DNA of 64,000 nt, from contig OZ059898.1 in NCBI GenBank assembly GCA_964057225.1, forward strand, positions 21,390,001 to 21,454,000, read 5' to 3'. Both the position numbers and the translations under genes were made by a program. Numbering within the stretch: position 1 is the first letter of the stretch; every line of letters starts with the position of its first letter. The notes under the pieces were generated by a model. The model did no database searches. It was not told the DNA's origin and saw only the letters and a list, made by a program, of their open reading frames with translations. Positions 45,204 through 58,700 of the stretch are shown piece by piece. The stretch is from Auanema rhodensis (taxonomy: Eukaryota; Animalia; Nematoda).

Positions 45204-47315
45204 ATGTACACGTGATGTGCACTTGGTATGTAACTCGCTTCACGTGAAAGATAAAGAGATGCGGTTTTCAAAATTAGATTCCCCATGTTCATATTAGTCT
45301 AAAAACAAATTTTTATTGATATTGGTTCATGGTAACCATGACTTTGAAATTTACGTGAACTTTAATTTATGCTAATTAAACGTACACGTGATGTGCACTT
45401 GGTATGTAACACGCTTCACGTGAAAGATAAAGAGATGCGGTTTTCAAAATTAGATTCCCCATGTCCATATTAGTCTAAAAACAAATTTTTATTGATATTG
45501 GTGCATGGTAAATATGACTTTGAAATTTACGTGAACTTTAATTTATGCTAATTAAATGTACACGTGATGTGCACTTGGTATGTAACTCGCTTCACGTGAA
45601 AGATAAAAAGATGCGGTTTTCAAAATTAGATTACTCATGTCCATATTAGTCTAAAAACAAATTTTTATTGATATTGGTTCATGGTAACCATGACTTTGAA
45701 ATTTACGTGAACTTTAATTTATGCTAATTAAATGTACACGTGATGTGCACTTGGTATGTAACTCGCTTCACGTGAAAGATAAAAAGATGCGGTTTTCAAA
45801 ATTAGATTACTCATGTCCATATTAGTCTAAAAACAAATTTTTATTGATATTGGTTCATGGTAACCATGACTTTGAAATTTACGTGAACTTTAATTTATGC
45901 TAATTAAATGTACACGTGATGTGCACTTGGTATGTAACTCGCTTCACGTGAAAGATAAAGAGATGCGGTTTTCAAAATTAGATTCCCCATGTCCATATTA
46001 GTCTAAAAACAAATTTTTATTGATATTGGTTCATGGTAACCATGACTTTGAAATTTACGTGAACTTTAATTTATGCTAATTAAATGTACACGTGATGTGC
46101 ACTTGGTATGTAACTCGCTTCACGTGAAAGATAAAGAGATGCGGTTTTCAAAATTAGATTCCCCATGTCCATATTAGTCTAAAAACAAATTTTTATTGAT
46201 ATTGGTTCATGGTCACCATGACTTTGAAATTTACGTGAACTTTAATTTATGCTAATTAAATGTACACGTGATGTGCACTTGGTATGTAACTCGCTTCACG
46301 TGAAAGATAAAATGATGCCGTTTTCAAAATTAGATTCCCCATGTCCATATTAGTCTAAAAACAAATTTTTATTGATATTGGTTCATGGTAACCATGACTT
46401 TGAAATTTACGTGAACTTTAATTTATGCTAATTAAATGTACACGTGATGTGCACTTGGTATGTAGCTCGCTTCACGTGAAAGATAAAGAGATGCGGTTTT
46501 CAAAATTAGATTCCCCATGTCCATATTAGTCTAAAAACAAATTTTTATTGATATTGGTTCATGGTAACCATGACTTTGAAATTTACGTGAACTTTAATTT
46601 ATGCTAATTAAATGTACACGTGATGTGCACTTGGTATGTAACTCGCTTCACGTGAAAGATAAAGAGATGCGGTTTTCAATATTAGATCCCCCATGTCCAT
46701 ATTAGTCTAAATACAAATTTTTATTGATATTGGTTCATGGTAACCATGACTTTGAAATTTACGTGAACTTTAATTTATGCTAATTAAATGTACACGTGAT
46801 GTGCACTTGGTATGTAACTCGCTTCACGTGAAAGATAAAGAGATGCTGTTTTCAAAATTAGATTCTCCATGTCCATATTAGTCTAAAAACAAATTTTTAT
46901 TGATATTGGTTCATGATAACCATGACTTTGAAATTTACGTGAACTTTAATTTATGCTAATTAAATGTACACGTGATGTGCACTTGGTATGTAACTCGCTT
47001 CACGTGAAAGATAAAGAGATGCGGTTTTCAAAATTAGATTCCCCATGTCCATATTAGTCTAAAAACAAATTTTTATTGATATTGGTTCATGGTCACCATG
47101 ACTTTGAAATTTACGTGAACTTTAATTTATGCTAATTAAATGTACACGTGATGTGCACTTGGTATGTAACTCGCTTCACGTGAAAGATAAAATGATGCCG
47201 TTTTCAAAATTAGATTCCCCATGTCCATATTAGTCTAAAAACAAATTTTTATTGATATTGGTTCATGGTAACCATGACTTTGAAATTTACGTGAACTTTA
47301 ATTTATGCTAATTAA

Positions 47316-49251
47316 ATGTACACGTGATGTGCACTTGGTATGTAACTCGCTTCACGTGAAAGATAAAGAGATGCGGTTTTCAAAATTAGATCCCCCATGT
47401 CCATATTAGTCTAAATACAAATTTTTATTGATATTGGTTCATGGTAACCATGACTTTGAAATTTACGTGAACTTTAATTTATGCTAATTAAATGTACACG
47501 TGATGTGCACTTGGTATGTAACTCGCTTCACGTGAAAGATAAAGAGATGCGGTTTTCAAAAATAGATTCCCTATGTCCATATTAGTCTAAAAACAAATTT
47601 TTATCGATATTGGTTCATGGTAACCATGACTTTGAAATTTACGTGAACTTTAATTTATGCTAATTAAATGTACACGTGATGTGCACTTGGTATGTAACTC
47701 GCTTCACGTGAAAGATAAAGAGATGCGGTTTTCAAAATTAGATCCCCCATGTCCATATTAGTCTAAATACAAATTTTTATTGATATTGGTTCATGGTAAC
47801 CATGACTTTGAAATTTACGTGAACTTTAATTTATGCTAATTAAATGTACACGTGATGTGCACTTGGTATGTAACTCGCTTCACGTGAAAGATAAAGAGAT
47901 GCGGTTTTCAAAATTAGATTCCCCAAGTCCATATTAGTCTAAAAACAAATTTTTATTGATATTGGTTCATGATAACCATGACTTTGAAATTTACGTGAAC
48001 TTTAATTTATGCTAATTAAATGTACACGTGATGTGCACTTGGTATGTAACTCGCTTCACGTGAAAGATAAAGAGATGCGGGTTTCAAAATTAGATTCCCC
48101 ATGTCCATATTAGTCTAAAAACAAATTTTTATTGATATTGGTTCATGGTAACCATGACTTTGAAATTTACGTGAACTTTAATTTATGCTAATTAAATGTA
48201 CACGTGATGTGCACTTGGTATGTAACTCGCTTCACGTGAAAGATAAAGAGATGCGGTTTTCAAAATTAGATCCCCCATGTCCATATTAGTCTAAATACAA
48301 ATTTTTATTGATATTGGTTCATGGTAACCATGACTTTGAAATTTACGTGAACTTTAATTTATGCTAATTAAATGTACACGTGATGTGCACTTGGTATGTA
48401 ACTCGCTTCACGTGAAAGATAAAGAGATGCGGTTTTCAAAATTAGATTCCCTATGTCCATATTAGTCTAAAAACAAATTTTTATCGATATTGGTTCATGG
48501 TAACCATGACTTTGAAATTTACGTGAACTTTAATTTATGCTAATTAAATGTACACGTGATGTGCACTTGGTATGTAACTCGCTTCACGTGAAAGATAAAG
48601 AGATGCGGTTTTCAAAATTAGATCCCCCATGTCCATATTAGTCTAAATACAAATTTTTATTGATATTGGTTCATGGTAACCATGACTTTGAAATTTACGT
48701 GAACTTTAATTTATGCTAATTAAATGTACACGTGATGTGCACTTGGTATGTAACTCGCTTCACGTGAAAGATAAAGAGATGCGGTTTTCAAAATTAGATT
48801 CCCCAAGTCCATATTAGTCTAAAAACAAATTTTTATTGATATTGGTTCATGATAACCATGACTTTGAAATTTACGTGAACTTTAATTTATGCTAATTAAA
48901 TGTACACGTGATGTGCACTTGGTATGTAACTCGCTTCACGTGAAAGATAAAGAGATGCGGGTTTCAAAATTAGATTCCCCATGTCCATATTAGTCTAAAA
49001 ACAAATTTTTATTGATATTGGTTCATGGTAACCATGACTTTGAAATTTACGTGAACTTTAATTTATGCTAATTAAATGTACACGTGATGTGCACTTGGTA
49101 TGTAACTCGCTTCACGTGAAAGATAAAGAGATGCGGTTTTCAAAATTAGATCCCCCATGTCCATATTAGTCTAAATACAAATTTTTATTGATATTGGTTC
49201 ATGGTAACCATGACTTTGAAATTTACGTGAACTTTAATTTATGCTAATTAA
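47316..49251 (+). repeat. 5-monomer (880-bp) higher-order tandem duplication
   Basis: CCCTATG+TTATCGAT at about 47570/48450, CCCCAAG+GATAACC at 47921/48801, GCGGGTTT at 48081/48961. Confidence 0.87.
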
Positions 49252-49830
49252 ATGTACACGTGATGTGCACTTGGTATGTAGCTCGCTTCACGTGAAAGAT
49301 AAAGAGATACGGTTTTCAAAATTAGATTCCCCATGTCCATATTAGTCTAAAAACAAATTTTTATTGATATTGGTGTATGGTAACCATGACTTTGAAATTT
49401 ACGTGAACTTTAATTTATGCTAATTAAATGTACACGTGATGTGCACTTGATATGTAACTCGCTTCACGTGAAAGATAAAGAGATGCGGTTTTCAAAATTA
49501 GATTCCCCATGTCCATATTAGTCTAAAAACCAATTTTTATTGATATTGGTGCATGGTAACCATGACTTTGAAATTTACGTGAACTTTAATTTATGCTAAT
49601 TAAGTGTACACATGATGTGCACTTGGTATGTAACTCGCTTCACGTGAAAGAAAAAGAGATGCGGTTTTCAAAATTAGATTCCCCATGTCCATATTAGTCT
49701 AAAAACCAATTTTTATTGATATTGGTGCATGGTAACCATGACTTTGAAATTTACGTGAACTTTAATTTATGCTAATTAAATGTACACGTGATGTGCACTT
49801 GGTATGTAACTCGCTTCACGTGAAAGATAA

Positions 49831-49860
49831 AGAGATGCGGTATGGTTACCATGAACCAAT
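49831..49860. other. Strand-switch (inversion) junction within the satellite array, breakpoint between 49841 and 49842
   Basis: AGAGATGCGGT (forward, ends at monomer position 62) is joined directly to ATGGTTACCATGAACC (reverse strand, starts at monomer position 136). No inserted bases and no Ns. Confidence 0.95.
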
Positions 49861-50681
49861 ATCAATAAAAATTTGTTTTTAGACTAATATGGACATGGGG
49901 AATCTAATTTTGAAAACCGCATCTCTTTATCTTTCACGTGAAGCGAGTTACATACCAAGTGCACATCACGTGTACATTTAATTAGCATAAATTAAAGTTC
50001 ACGTAAATTTCAAAGTCATGGTTACCATGCACCAATATCAATAAAAATTTGTTTTTAGACTAATATGGACATGGGGAATCTAATTTTGAAAACCGCATCT
50101 CTTTATCTTTCACGTGAAGCGAGTTACATACCAAGTGCACATCACGTGTACATTTAATTAGCATAAATTAAAGTTCACGTAAATTTCAAAGTCATGGTTA
50201 CCATGAAGCAATATCAATAAAAATTTGTTTTTAGACTAATATGGACATGGGGAATCTAATTTTGAAAACCGCATCTCTTTATCTTTCACGTGAAGCGAGT
50301 TACATACCAAGTGCACATCACGTGTACATTTAATTAGCATAAATTAAAGTTCACGTAAATTTCAAAGTCATGTTTACCATGAACCAATATCAATAAAAAT
50401 TTGTTTTTAGACTAATATGGACATGGGGAATCTAATTTTGAAAACCGCATCTCTTTATCTTTCACGTGAAGCGAGTTACATACGAAGTGCACATCACGTG
50501 TACATTTAATTAGCATGAATTAAAGTTCACGTAAATTTCAAAGTCATGGTTACCATGAAGCAATATCAATAAAAATTTGTTTTTAGACTAATATGGACAT
50601 GGGGAATCTAATTTTGAAAACCGCATCTCTTTATCTTTCACGTGAAGCGAGTTACATACGAAGTGCACATCACGTGTACAT

Positions 50682-53600
50682 TTAATTAGCATGAATTAAA
50701 GTTCACGTAAATTTCAAAGTCATGTTTACCATGAACCAATATCAATAAAAATTTGTTTTTAGACTAATATGGACATGGGGAATCTAATTTTGAAAACCGC
50801 ATCTCTTTATCTTTCACGTGAAGCGAGTTACATACGAAGTGCACATCACGTGTACATTTAATTAGCATGAATTAAAGTTCACGTAAATTTCAAAGTCATG
50901 GTTACCATGAACCAATATCAATAAAAATTTGTTTTTAGACTAATATGGACATGGGGAATCTAATTTTGAAAACCGCATCTCTTTATCTTTCACGTGAAGC
51001 GAGTTACATACCAAGTGCACATCACGTGTACATTTAATTAGCATAAATTAAAGTTCACGTAAATTTCAAAGTCATGGTTACCATGCACCAATATCAATAA
51101 AAATTGGTTTTTAGACTAATATGGACATGGGGAATCTAATTTTGAAAACCGCATCTCTTTATCTTTCACGTGAAGCGAGTTACATACCAAGTGCACATCA
51201 CGTGTACATTTAATTAGCATAAATTAAAGTTCACGTAAATTTCAAAGTCATGTTTACCATGAACCAATATCAATAAAAATTTGTTTTTAGACTAATATGG
51301 ACATGGGGAATCTAATTTTGAAAACCGAATCTCTTTATCTTTCACGTGAAGCGAGTTACATACCAAGTGCACATCACGTGTACATTTAATTAGCATAAAT
51401 TAAAGTTCACGTAAATTTCAAAGTCATGGTTACCATGAACCAATATCAATAAAAATTTGTTTTTAGACTAATATGGACATGGGGAATCTAATTTTGAAAA
51501 CCGCATCTCTTTATCTTTCACGTGAAGCGAGTTACATACCAAGTGCACATCACGTGTACATTTAATTAGCATAAATTAAAGTTCACGTAAATTTCAAAGT
51601 CATGGTTACCATGAACCAATATCAATAAAAATTTGTTTTTAGACTAATATAGACATGAGGAATCTAATTTTGAAAACCGCATCTCTTTATCTTTCACGTG
51701 AAGCGAGTTACATACCAAGTGCACATCACGTGTACATTTAATTAGCATAAATTAAAGTTCACGTAAATTTCAAAGTCATGGTTACCATGCACCAATATCA
51801 ATAAAAATTTGTTTTTAGACTAATATGGACATGGGGAATCTAATTTTGAAAACCGCATCTCTTTATCTTTCACGCGAAGCGAGTTACATACCAAGTGCAC
51901 ATCACGTGTACATTTAATTAGCATAAATTAAAGTTCACGTAAATTTCAAAGTCATGGTTACCATGCACCAATATCAATAAAAATTGGTTTTTAGACTAAT
52001 ATGGACATGGGGAATCTAATTTTGAAAACCGCATCTCTTTATCTTTCACGTGAAGCGAGTTACATACCAAGTGCACATCACGTGTACATTTAATTAGCAT
52101 AAATTGAAGTTCACGTAAATTTCAAAGTCATGTTTACCATGAACCAATATCAATAAAAATTTGTTTTTAGACTAATATGGACATGGGGAATCTAATTTTG
52201 AAAACCGCATCTCTTTATCTTTCACGTGAAGCGAGTTACATACGAAGTGCACATCACGTGTACATTTAATTAGCATGAATTAAAGTTCACGTAAATTTCA
52301 AAGTCATGGTTACCATGAACCAATATCAATAAAAATTTGTTTTTAGACTAATATGGACATGGGGAATCTAATTTTGAAAACCGCATCTCTTTATCTTTCA
52401 CGTGAAGCGAGTTACATACCAAGTGCACATCACGTGTACATTTAATTAGCATAAATTAAAGTTCACGTAAATTTCAAAGTCATGTTTACCATGAACCAAT
52501 ATCAATAAAAATTTGTTTTTAGACTAATATGGACATGGGGAATCTAATTTTGAAAACCGAATCTCTTTATCTTTCACGTGAAGCGAGTTACATACCAAGT
52601 GCACATCACGTGTACATTTAATTAGCATAAATTAAAGTTCACGTAAATTTCAAAGTCATGGTTACCATGAACCAATATCAATAAAAATTTGTTTTTAGAC
52701 TAATATGGACATGGGGAATCTAATTTTGAAAACCGCATCTCTTTATCTTTCACGTGAAGCGAGTTACATACCAAGTGCACATCACGTGTACATTTAATTA
52801 GCATAAATTAAAGTTCACGTAAATTTCAAAGTCATGGTTACCATGCACCAATATCAATAAAAATTGGTTTTTAGACTAATATGGACATGGGGAATCTAAT
52901 TTTGAAAACCGCATCTCTTTATCTTTCACGTGAAGCGAGTTACATACCAAGTGCACATCACGTGTACATTTAATTAGCATAAATTAAAGTTCACGTAAAT
53001 TTCAAAGTCATGTTTACCATGAACCAATATCAATAAAAATTTGTTTTTAGACTAATATGGACATGGGGAATCTAATTTTGAAAACCGAATCTCTTTATCT
53101 TTCACGTGAAGCGAGTTACATACCAAGTGCACATCACGTGTACATTTAATTAGCATAAATTAAAGTTCACGTAAATTTCAAAGTCATGGTTACCATGAAC
53201 CAATATCAATAAAAATTTGTTTTTAGACTAATATGGACATGGGGAATCTAATTTTGAAAACCGCATCTCTTTATCTTTCACGTGAAGCGAGTTACATACC
53301 AAGTGCACATCACGTGTACATTTAATTAGCATAAATTAAAGTTCACGTAAATTTCAAAGTCATGGTTACCATGAACCAATATCAATAAAAATTTGTTTTT
53401 AGACTAATATAGACATGAGGAATCTAATTTTGAAAACCGCATCTCTTTATCTTTCACGTGAAGCGAGTTACATACCAAGTGCACATCACGTGTACATTTA
53501 ATTAGCATAAATTAAAGTTCACGTAAATTTCAAAGTCATGGTTACCATGCACCAATATCAATAAAAATTTGTTTTTAGACTAATATGGACATGGGGAATC

Positions 53601-55785
53601 TAATTTTGAAAACCGCATCTCTTTATCTTTCACGCGAAGCGAGTTACATACCAAGTGCACATCACGTGTACATTTAATTAGCATAAATTAAAGTTCACGT
53701 AAATTTCAAAGTCATGGTTACCATGCACCAATATCAATAAAAATTGGTTTTTAGACTAATATGGACATGGGGAATCTAATTTTGAAAACCGCATCTCTTT
53801 ATCTTTCACGTGAAGCGAGTTACATACCAAGTGCACATCACGTGTACATTTAATTAGCATAAATTGAAGTTCACGTAAATTTCAAAGTCATGTTTACCAT
53901 GAACCAATATCAATAAAAATTTGTTTTTAGACTAATATGGACATGGGGAATCTAATTTTGAAAACCGCATCTCTTTATCTTTCACGTGAAGCGAGTTACA
54001 TACGAAGTGCACATCACGTGTACATTTAATTAGCATGAATTAAAGTTCACGTAAATTTCAAAGTCATGGTTACCATGAACCAATATCAATAAAAATTTGT
54101 TTTTAGACTAATATGGACATGGGGAATCTAATTTTGAAAACCGCATCTCTTTATCTTTCACGTGAAGCGAGTTACATACCAAGTGCACATCACGTGTACA
54201 TTTAATTAGCATAAATTAAAGTTCACGTAAATTTCAAAGTCATGTTTACCATGAACCAATATCAATAAAAATTTGTTTTTAGACTAATATGGACATGGGG
54301 AATCTAATTTTGAAAACCGAATCTCTTTATCTTTCACGTGAAGCGAGTTACATACCAAGTGCACATCACGTGTACATTTAATTAGCATAAATTAAAGTTC
54401 ACGTAAATTTCAAAGTCATGGTTACCATGAACCAATATCAATAAAAATTTGTTTTTAGACTAATATGGACATGGGGAATCTAATTTTGAAAACCGCATCT
54501 CTTTATCTTTCACGTGAAGCGAGTTACATACCAAGTGCACATCACGTGTACATTTAATTAGCATAAATTAAAGTTCACGTAAATTTCAAAGTCATGGTTA
54601 CCATGAACCAATATCAATAAAAATTTGTTTTTAGACTAATATAGACATGAGGAATCTAATTTTGAAAACCGCATCTCTTTATCTTTCACGTGAAGCGAGT
54701 TACATACCAAGTGCACATCACGTGTACATTTAATTAGCATAAATTAAAGTTCACGTAAATTTCAAAGTCATGGTTACCATGCACCAATATCAATAAAAAT
54801 TGGTTTTTAGACTAATATGGACATGGGGAATCTAATTTTGAAAACCGCATCTCTTTATCTTTCACGCGAAGCGAGTTACATACCAAGTGCACATCACGTG
54901 TACATTTAATTAGCATAAATTAAAGTTCACGTAAATTTCAAAGTCATGGTTACCATGCACCAATATCAATAAAAATTTGTTTTTAGACTAATATGGACAT
55001 GGGGAATCTAATTTTGAAAACCGCATCTCTTTATCTTTCACGTGAAGCGAGTTACATACCAAGTGCACATCACGTGTACATTTAATTAGCATAAATTGAA
55101 GTTCACGTAAATTTCAAAGTCATGTTTACCATGAACCAATATCAATAAAAATTTGTTTTTAGACTAATATGGACATGGGGAATCTAATTTTGAAAACCGC
55201 ATCTCTTTATCTTTCACGTGAAGCGAGTTACATACGAAGTGCACATCACGTGTACATTTAATTAGCATGAATTAAAGTTCACGTAAATTTCAAAGTCATG
55301 GTTACCATGAACCAATATCAATAAAAATTTGTTTTTAGACTAATATGGACATGGGGAATCTAATTTTGAAAACCGCATCTCTTTATCTTTCACGTGAAGC
55401 GAGTTACATACCAAGTGCACATCACGTGTACATTTAATTAGCATAAATTAAAGTTCACGTAAATTTCAAAGTCATGGTTACCATACACCAATATCAATAA
55501 AAATTGGTTTTTAGACTAATATGGACATGGGGAATCTAATTTTGAAAACCGCATCTCTTTATCTTTCACGTGAAGCGAGTTACATACCAAGTGCACATCA
55601 CGTGTACATTTAATTAGCATAAATTAAAGTTCACGTAAATTTCAAAGTCATGTTTACCATGAACCAATATCAATAAAAATTTGTTTTTAGACTAATATGG
55701 ACATGGGGAATCTAATTTTGAAAACCGAATCTCTTTATCTTTCACGTGAAGCGAGTTACATACCAAGTGCACATCACGTGTACAT
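50682..55785 (-). repeat. 10-monomer (1760-bp) higher-order repeat followed by a shortened 7-monomer copy; boundaries approximate
   Basis: CACGCGAAG at 51871/53631/54863, AGACATGAGG at 51651/53411/54643, AAATTGAAG at 52101/53861/55093. Offsets are 1760 then 1232 bp. Confidence 0.85.
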
Positions 55786-58700
55786 TTAATTAGCATAAAT
55801 TAAAGTTCACGTAAATTTCAAAGTCATGGTTACCATGCACCAATATCAATAAAAATTTGTTTTTAGACTAATATGGACATGGGGAATCTAATTTTGAAAA
55901 CCGCATCTCTTTATCTTTCACGTGAAGCGAGTTACATACCAAGTGCACATCACGTGTACATTTAATTAGCATAAATTAAAGTTCACGTAAATTTCAAAGT
56001 CATGGTTACCATGAACCAATATCAATAAAAATTTGTATTTAGACTAATATGGACATGGGGAATCTAATTTTGAAAACCGCATCTCTTTATCTTTCACGTG
56101 AAGCGAGTTACATACCAAGTGCACATCACGTGTACATTTAATTAGCATAAATTAAAGTTCACGTAAATTTCAAAGTCATGGTTACCATGAACCAATATCA
56201 ATAAAAATTTGTTTTTAGACTAATATGGACATGGGGAATCTAATTTTGAAAACCGCATCTCTTTATCTTTCACGTGAAGCGAGTTACATACCAAGTGCAC
56301 ATCACGTGTACATTTAATTAGCATAAATTAAAGTTCACGTAAATTTCAAAGTCATGGTTACCATGAACCAATATCAATAAAAATTTGTTTTTAGACTAAT
56401 ATGGACATGGGGAATCTAATTTTGAAAACCGCATCTCTTTATCTTTCACGTGAAGCGAGTTACATACCAAGTGCACATCACGTGTACATTTAATTAGCAT
56501 AAATTAAAGTTCACGTAAATTTCAAAGTCATGGTGACCATGAACCAATATCAATAAAAATTTGTTTTTAGACTAATATGGACATGGGGAATCTAATTTTG
56601 AAAACCGCATCTCTTTATCTTTCACGTGAAGCGAGTTACATACCAAGTGCACATCACGTGTACATTTAATTAGCATAAATTAAAGTTCACGTAAATTTCA
56701 AAGTCATGGTTACCATGAACCAATATCAATAAAAATTTGTATTTAGACTAATATGGACATGAGGAATCTAATTTTGAAAACCGCATCTCTTTATCTTTCA
56801 CGTGAAGCGAGTTACATACCAAGTGCACATCACGTGTACATTTAATTAGCATAAATTAAAGTTCACGTAAATTTCAAAGTCATGGTTACCATGAACCAAT
56901 ATCAATAAAAATTTGTTTTTAGACTAATATGGACATGGGGAATCTAATTTTGAAAACCGCATCTCTTTATCTTTCACGTGAAGCGAGTTACATACCAAGT
57001 GCACATCACGTGTACATTTAGTTAGCATAAATTAAAGTTCAAGTAAATTTCAAAGTCATGGTTACCATGAACCAATATCAATAAAAATTTGTATTTAGAC
57101 TAATATGGACATGAGGAATCTAATTTTGAAAACCGCATCTCTTTATCTTTCACGTGAAGCGAGTTACATACCAAGTGCACATCACGTGTACATTTAATTA
57201 GCATAAATTAAAGTTCACGTAAATTTCAAAGTCATGGTTACCATGAACCAATATCAATAAAAATTTGTTTTCAGACTAATATGGACATGGGGAATCTAAT
57301 TTTGAAAACCGCATCTCTTTATCTTTCACGTGAAGCGAGTTACATACCAAGTGCACATCACGTGTACATTTAATTAGCATAAATTAAAGTTCACGTAAAT
57401 TTCAAAGTCATGGTTACCATGAACCAATATCAATAAAAATTTGTATTTAGACTAATATGGACATGAGGAATCTAATTTTGAAAACCGCATCTCTTTATCT
57501 TTCACGTGAAGCGAGTTACATACCAAGTGCACATCACGTGTACATTTAATTAGCATAAATTAAAGTTCACGTAAATTTCAAAGTCATGGTTACCATGAAC
57601 CAATATCAATAAAAATTTGTATTTAGACTAATATGGACATGAGGAATCTAATTTTGAAAACCGCATCTCTCTATCTTTCACGTGAAGCGAGTTACATACC
57701 AAGTGCACATCACGTGTACATTTAATTAGCATAAATTAAAGTTCACGTAAATTTCAAAGTCATGGTTACCATGAACCAATATCAATAAAAATTTGTTTTT
57801 AGACTAATATGGACATGGGGAATCTAATTTTGAAAACCGCATCTCTTTATCTTTCACGTGAAGCGAGTTACATACCAAGTGCACATCACGTGTACATTTA
57901 ATTAGCATAAATTAAAGTTCACGTAAATTTCAAAGTCATATTTACCATGCACCAATATCAATAAAAATTTGATTTTAGACTAATATGGACATGGGGAATC
58001 TAATTTTGAAAACCGCATCTCTCTATCTTTCACGTGAAGCGAGTTACATACCAAGTGCACATCACGTGTACATTTAATTAGCATAAATTAAAGTTCACGT
58101 AAATTTCAAAGTCATATTTACCATGCACCAATATCAATAAAAATTTGTTTTTAGACTAATATGGACATGGGGAATCTAATTTTGAAAACCGCATCTCTTT
58201 ATCTTTCACGTGAAGCGAGTTACATACCAAGTGCACATCACGTGTACATTTAATTAGCATAAATTAAAGTTCACGTAAATTTCAAAGTCATATTTACCAT
58301 GCACCAATATCAATAAAAATTTGTTTTTAGACTAATATGGACATGGGGAATCTTATTTTGAAAACCGCATCTCTTTATCTTTCACGTGAAGCGAGTTACA
58401 TACCAAGTGCACATCACGTGTACATTTAATTAGCATAAATTAAAGTTCACGTAAATTTCAAAGTCATGGTTACCATGCACCAATATCAATAAAAATTTGT
58501 TTTTAGACTAATATGAACATGGGGTATCTAATTTTGAAAACCGCATCTCTTTATCTTTCACGTGAAGCGAGTTACATACCAAGTGCACATCACGTGTACA
58601 TTTAGTTAGCATAAATTAAAGTTCACGTAAATTTCAAAGTCATGGTTACCATGAACCAATATCAATAAAAATTTGATTTTAGACTAATATGGACATGGGG

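Larger units (their letters stand above)
1..49841 (+). repeat. 176-bp satellite tandem array, forward block (283 full monomers + 62-bp partial); probable centromeric/pericentromeric satellite
   Basis: ATGTACACGTGATG recurs at 1, 177, 881, 2641, 5281 and onward (period 176). The last monomer starts at 49780, which equals 283x176+1 minus 29 bp of observed deletions (2x4, 7x1, 2x7). The centromeric role is inferred from length and homogeneity only. Confidence 0.98.

Noticed and set aside
49780-49977. Junction as a fold-back sequencing chimera or a transposon footprint
   Set aside because: Variants on the two arms are not mirror images, and there is no inserted sequence or target-site duplication. 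An assembly misjoin cannot be fully excluded without reads.
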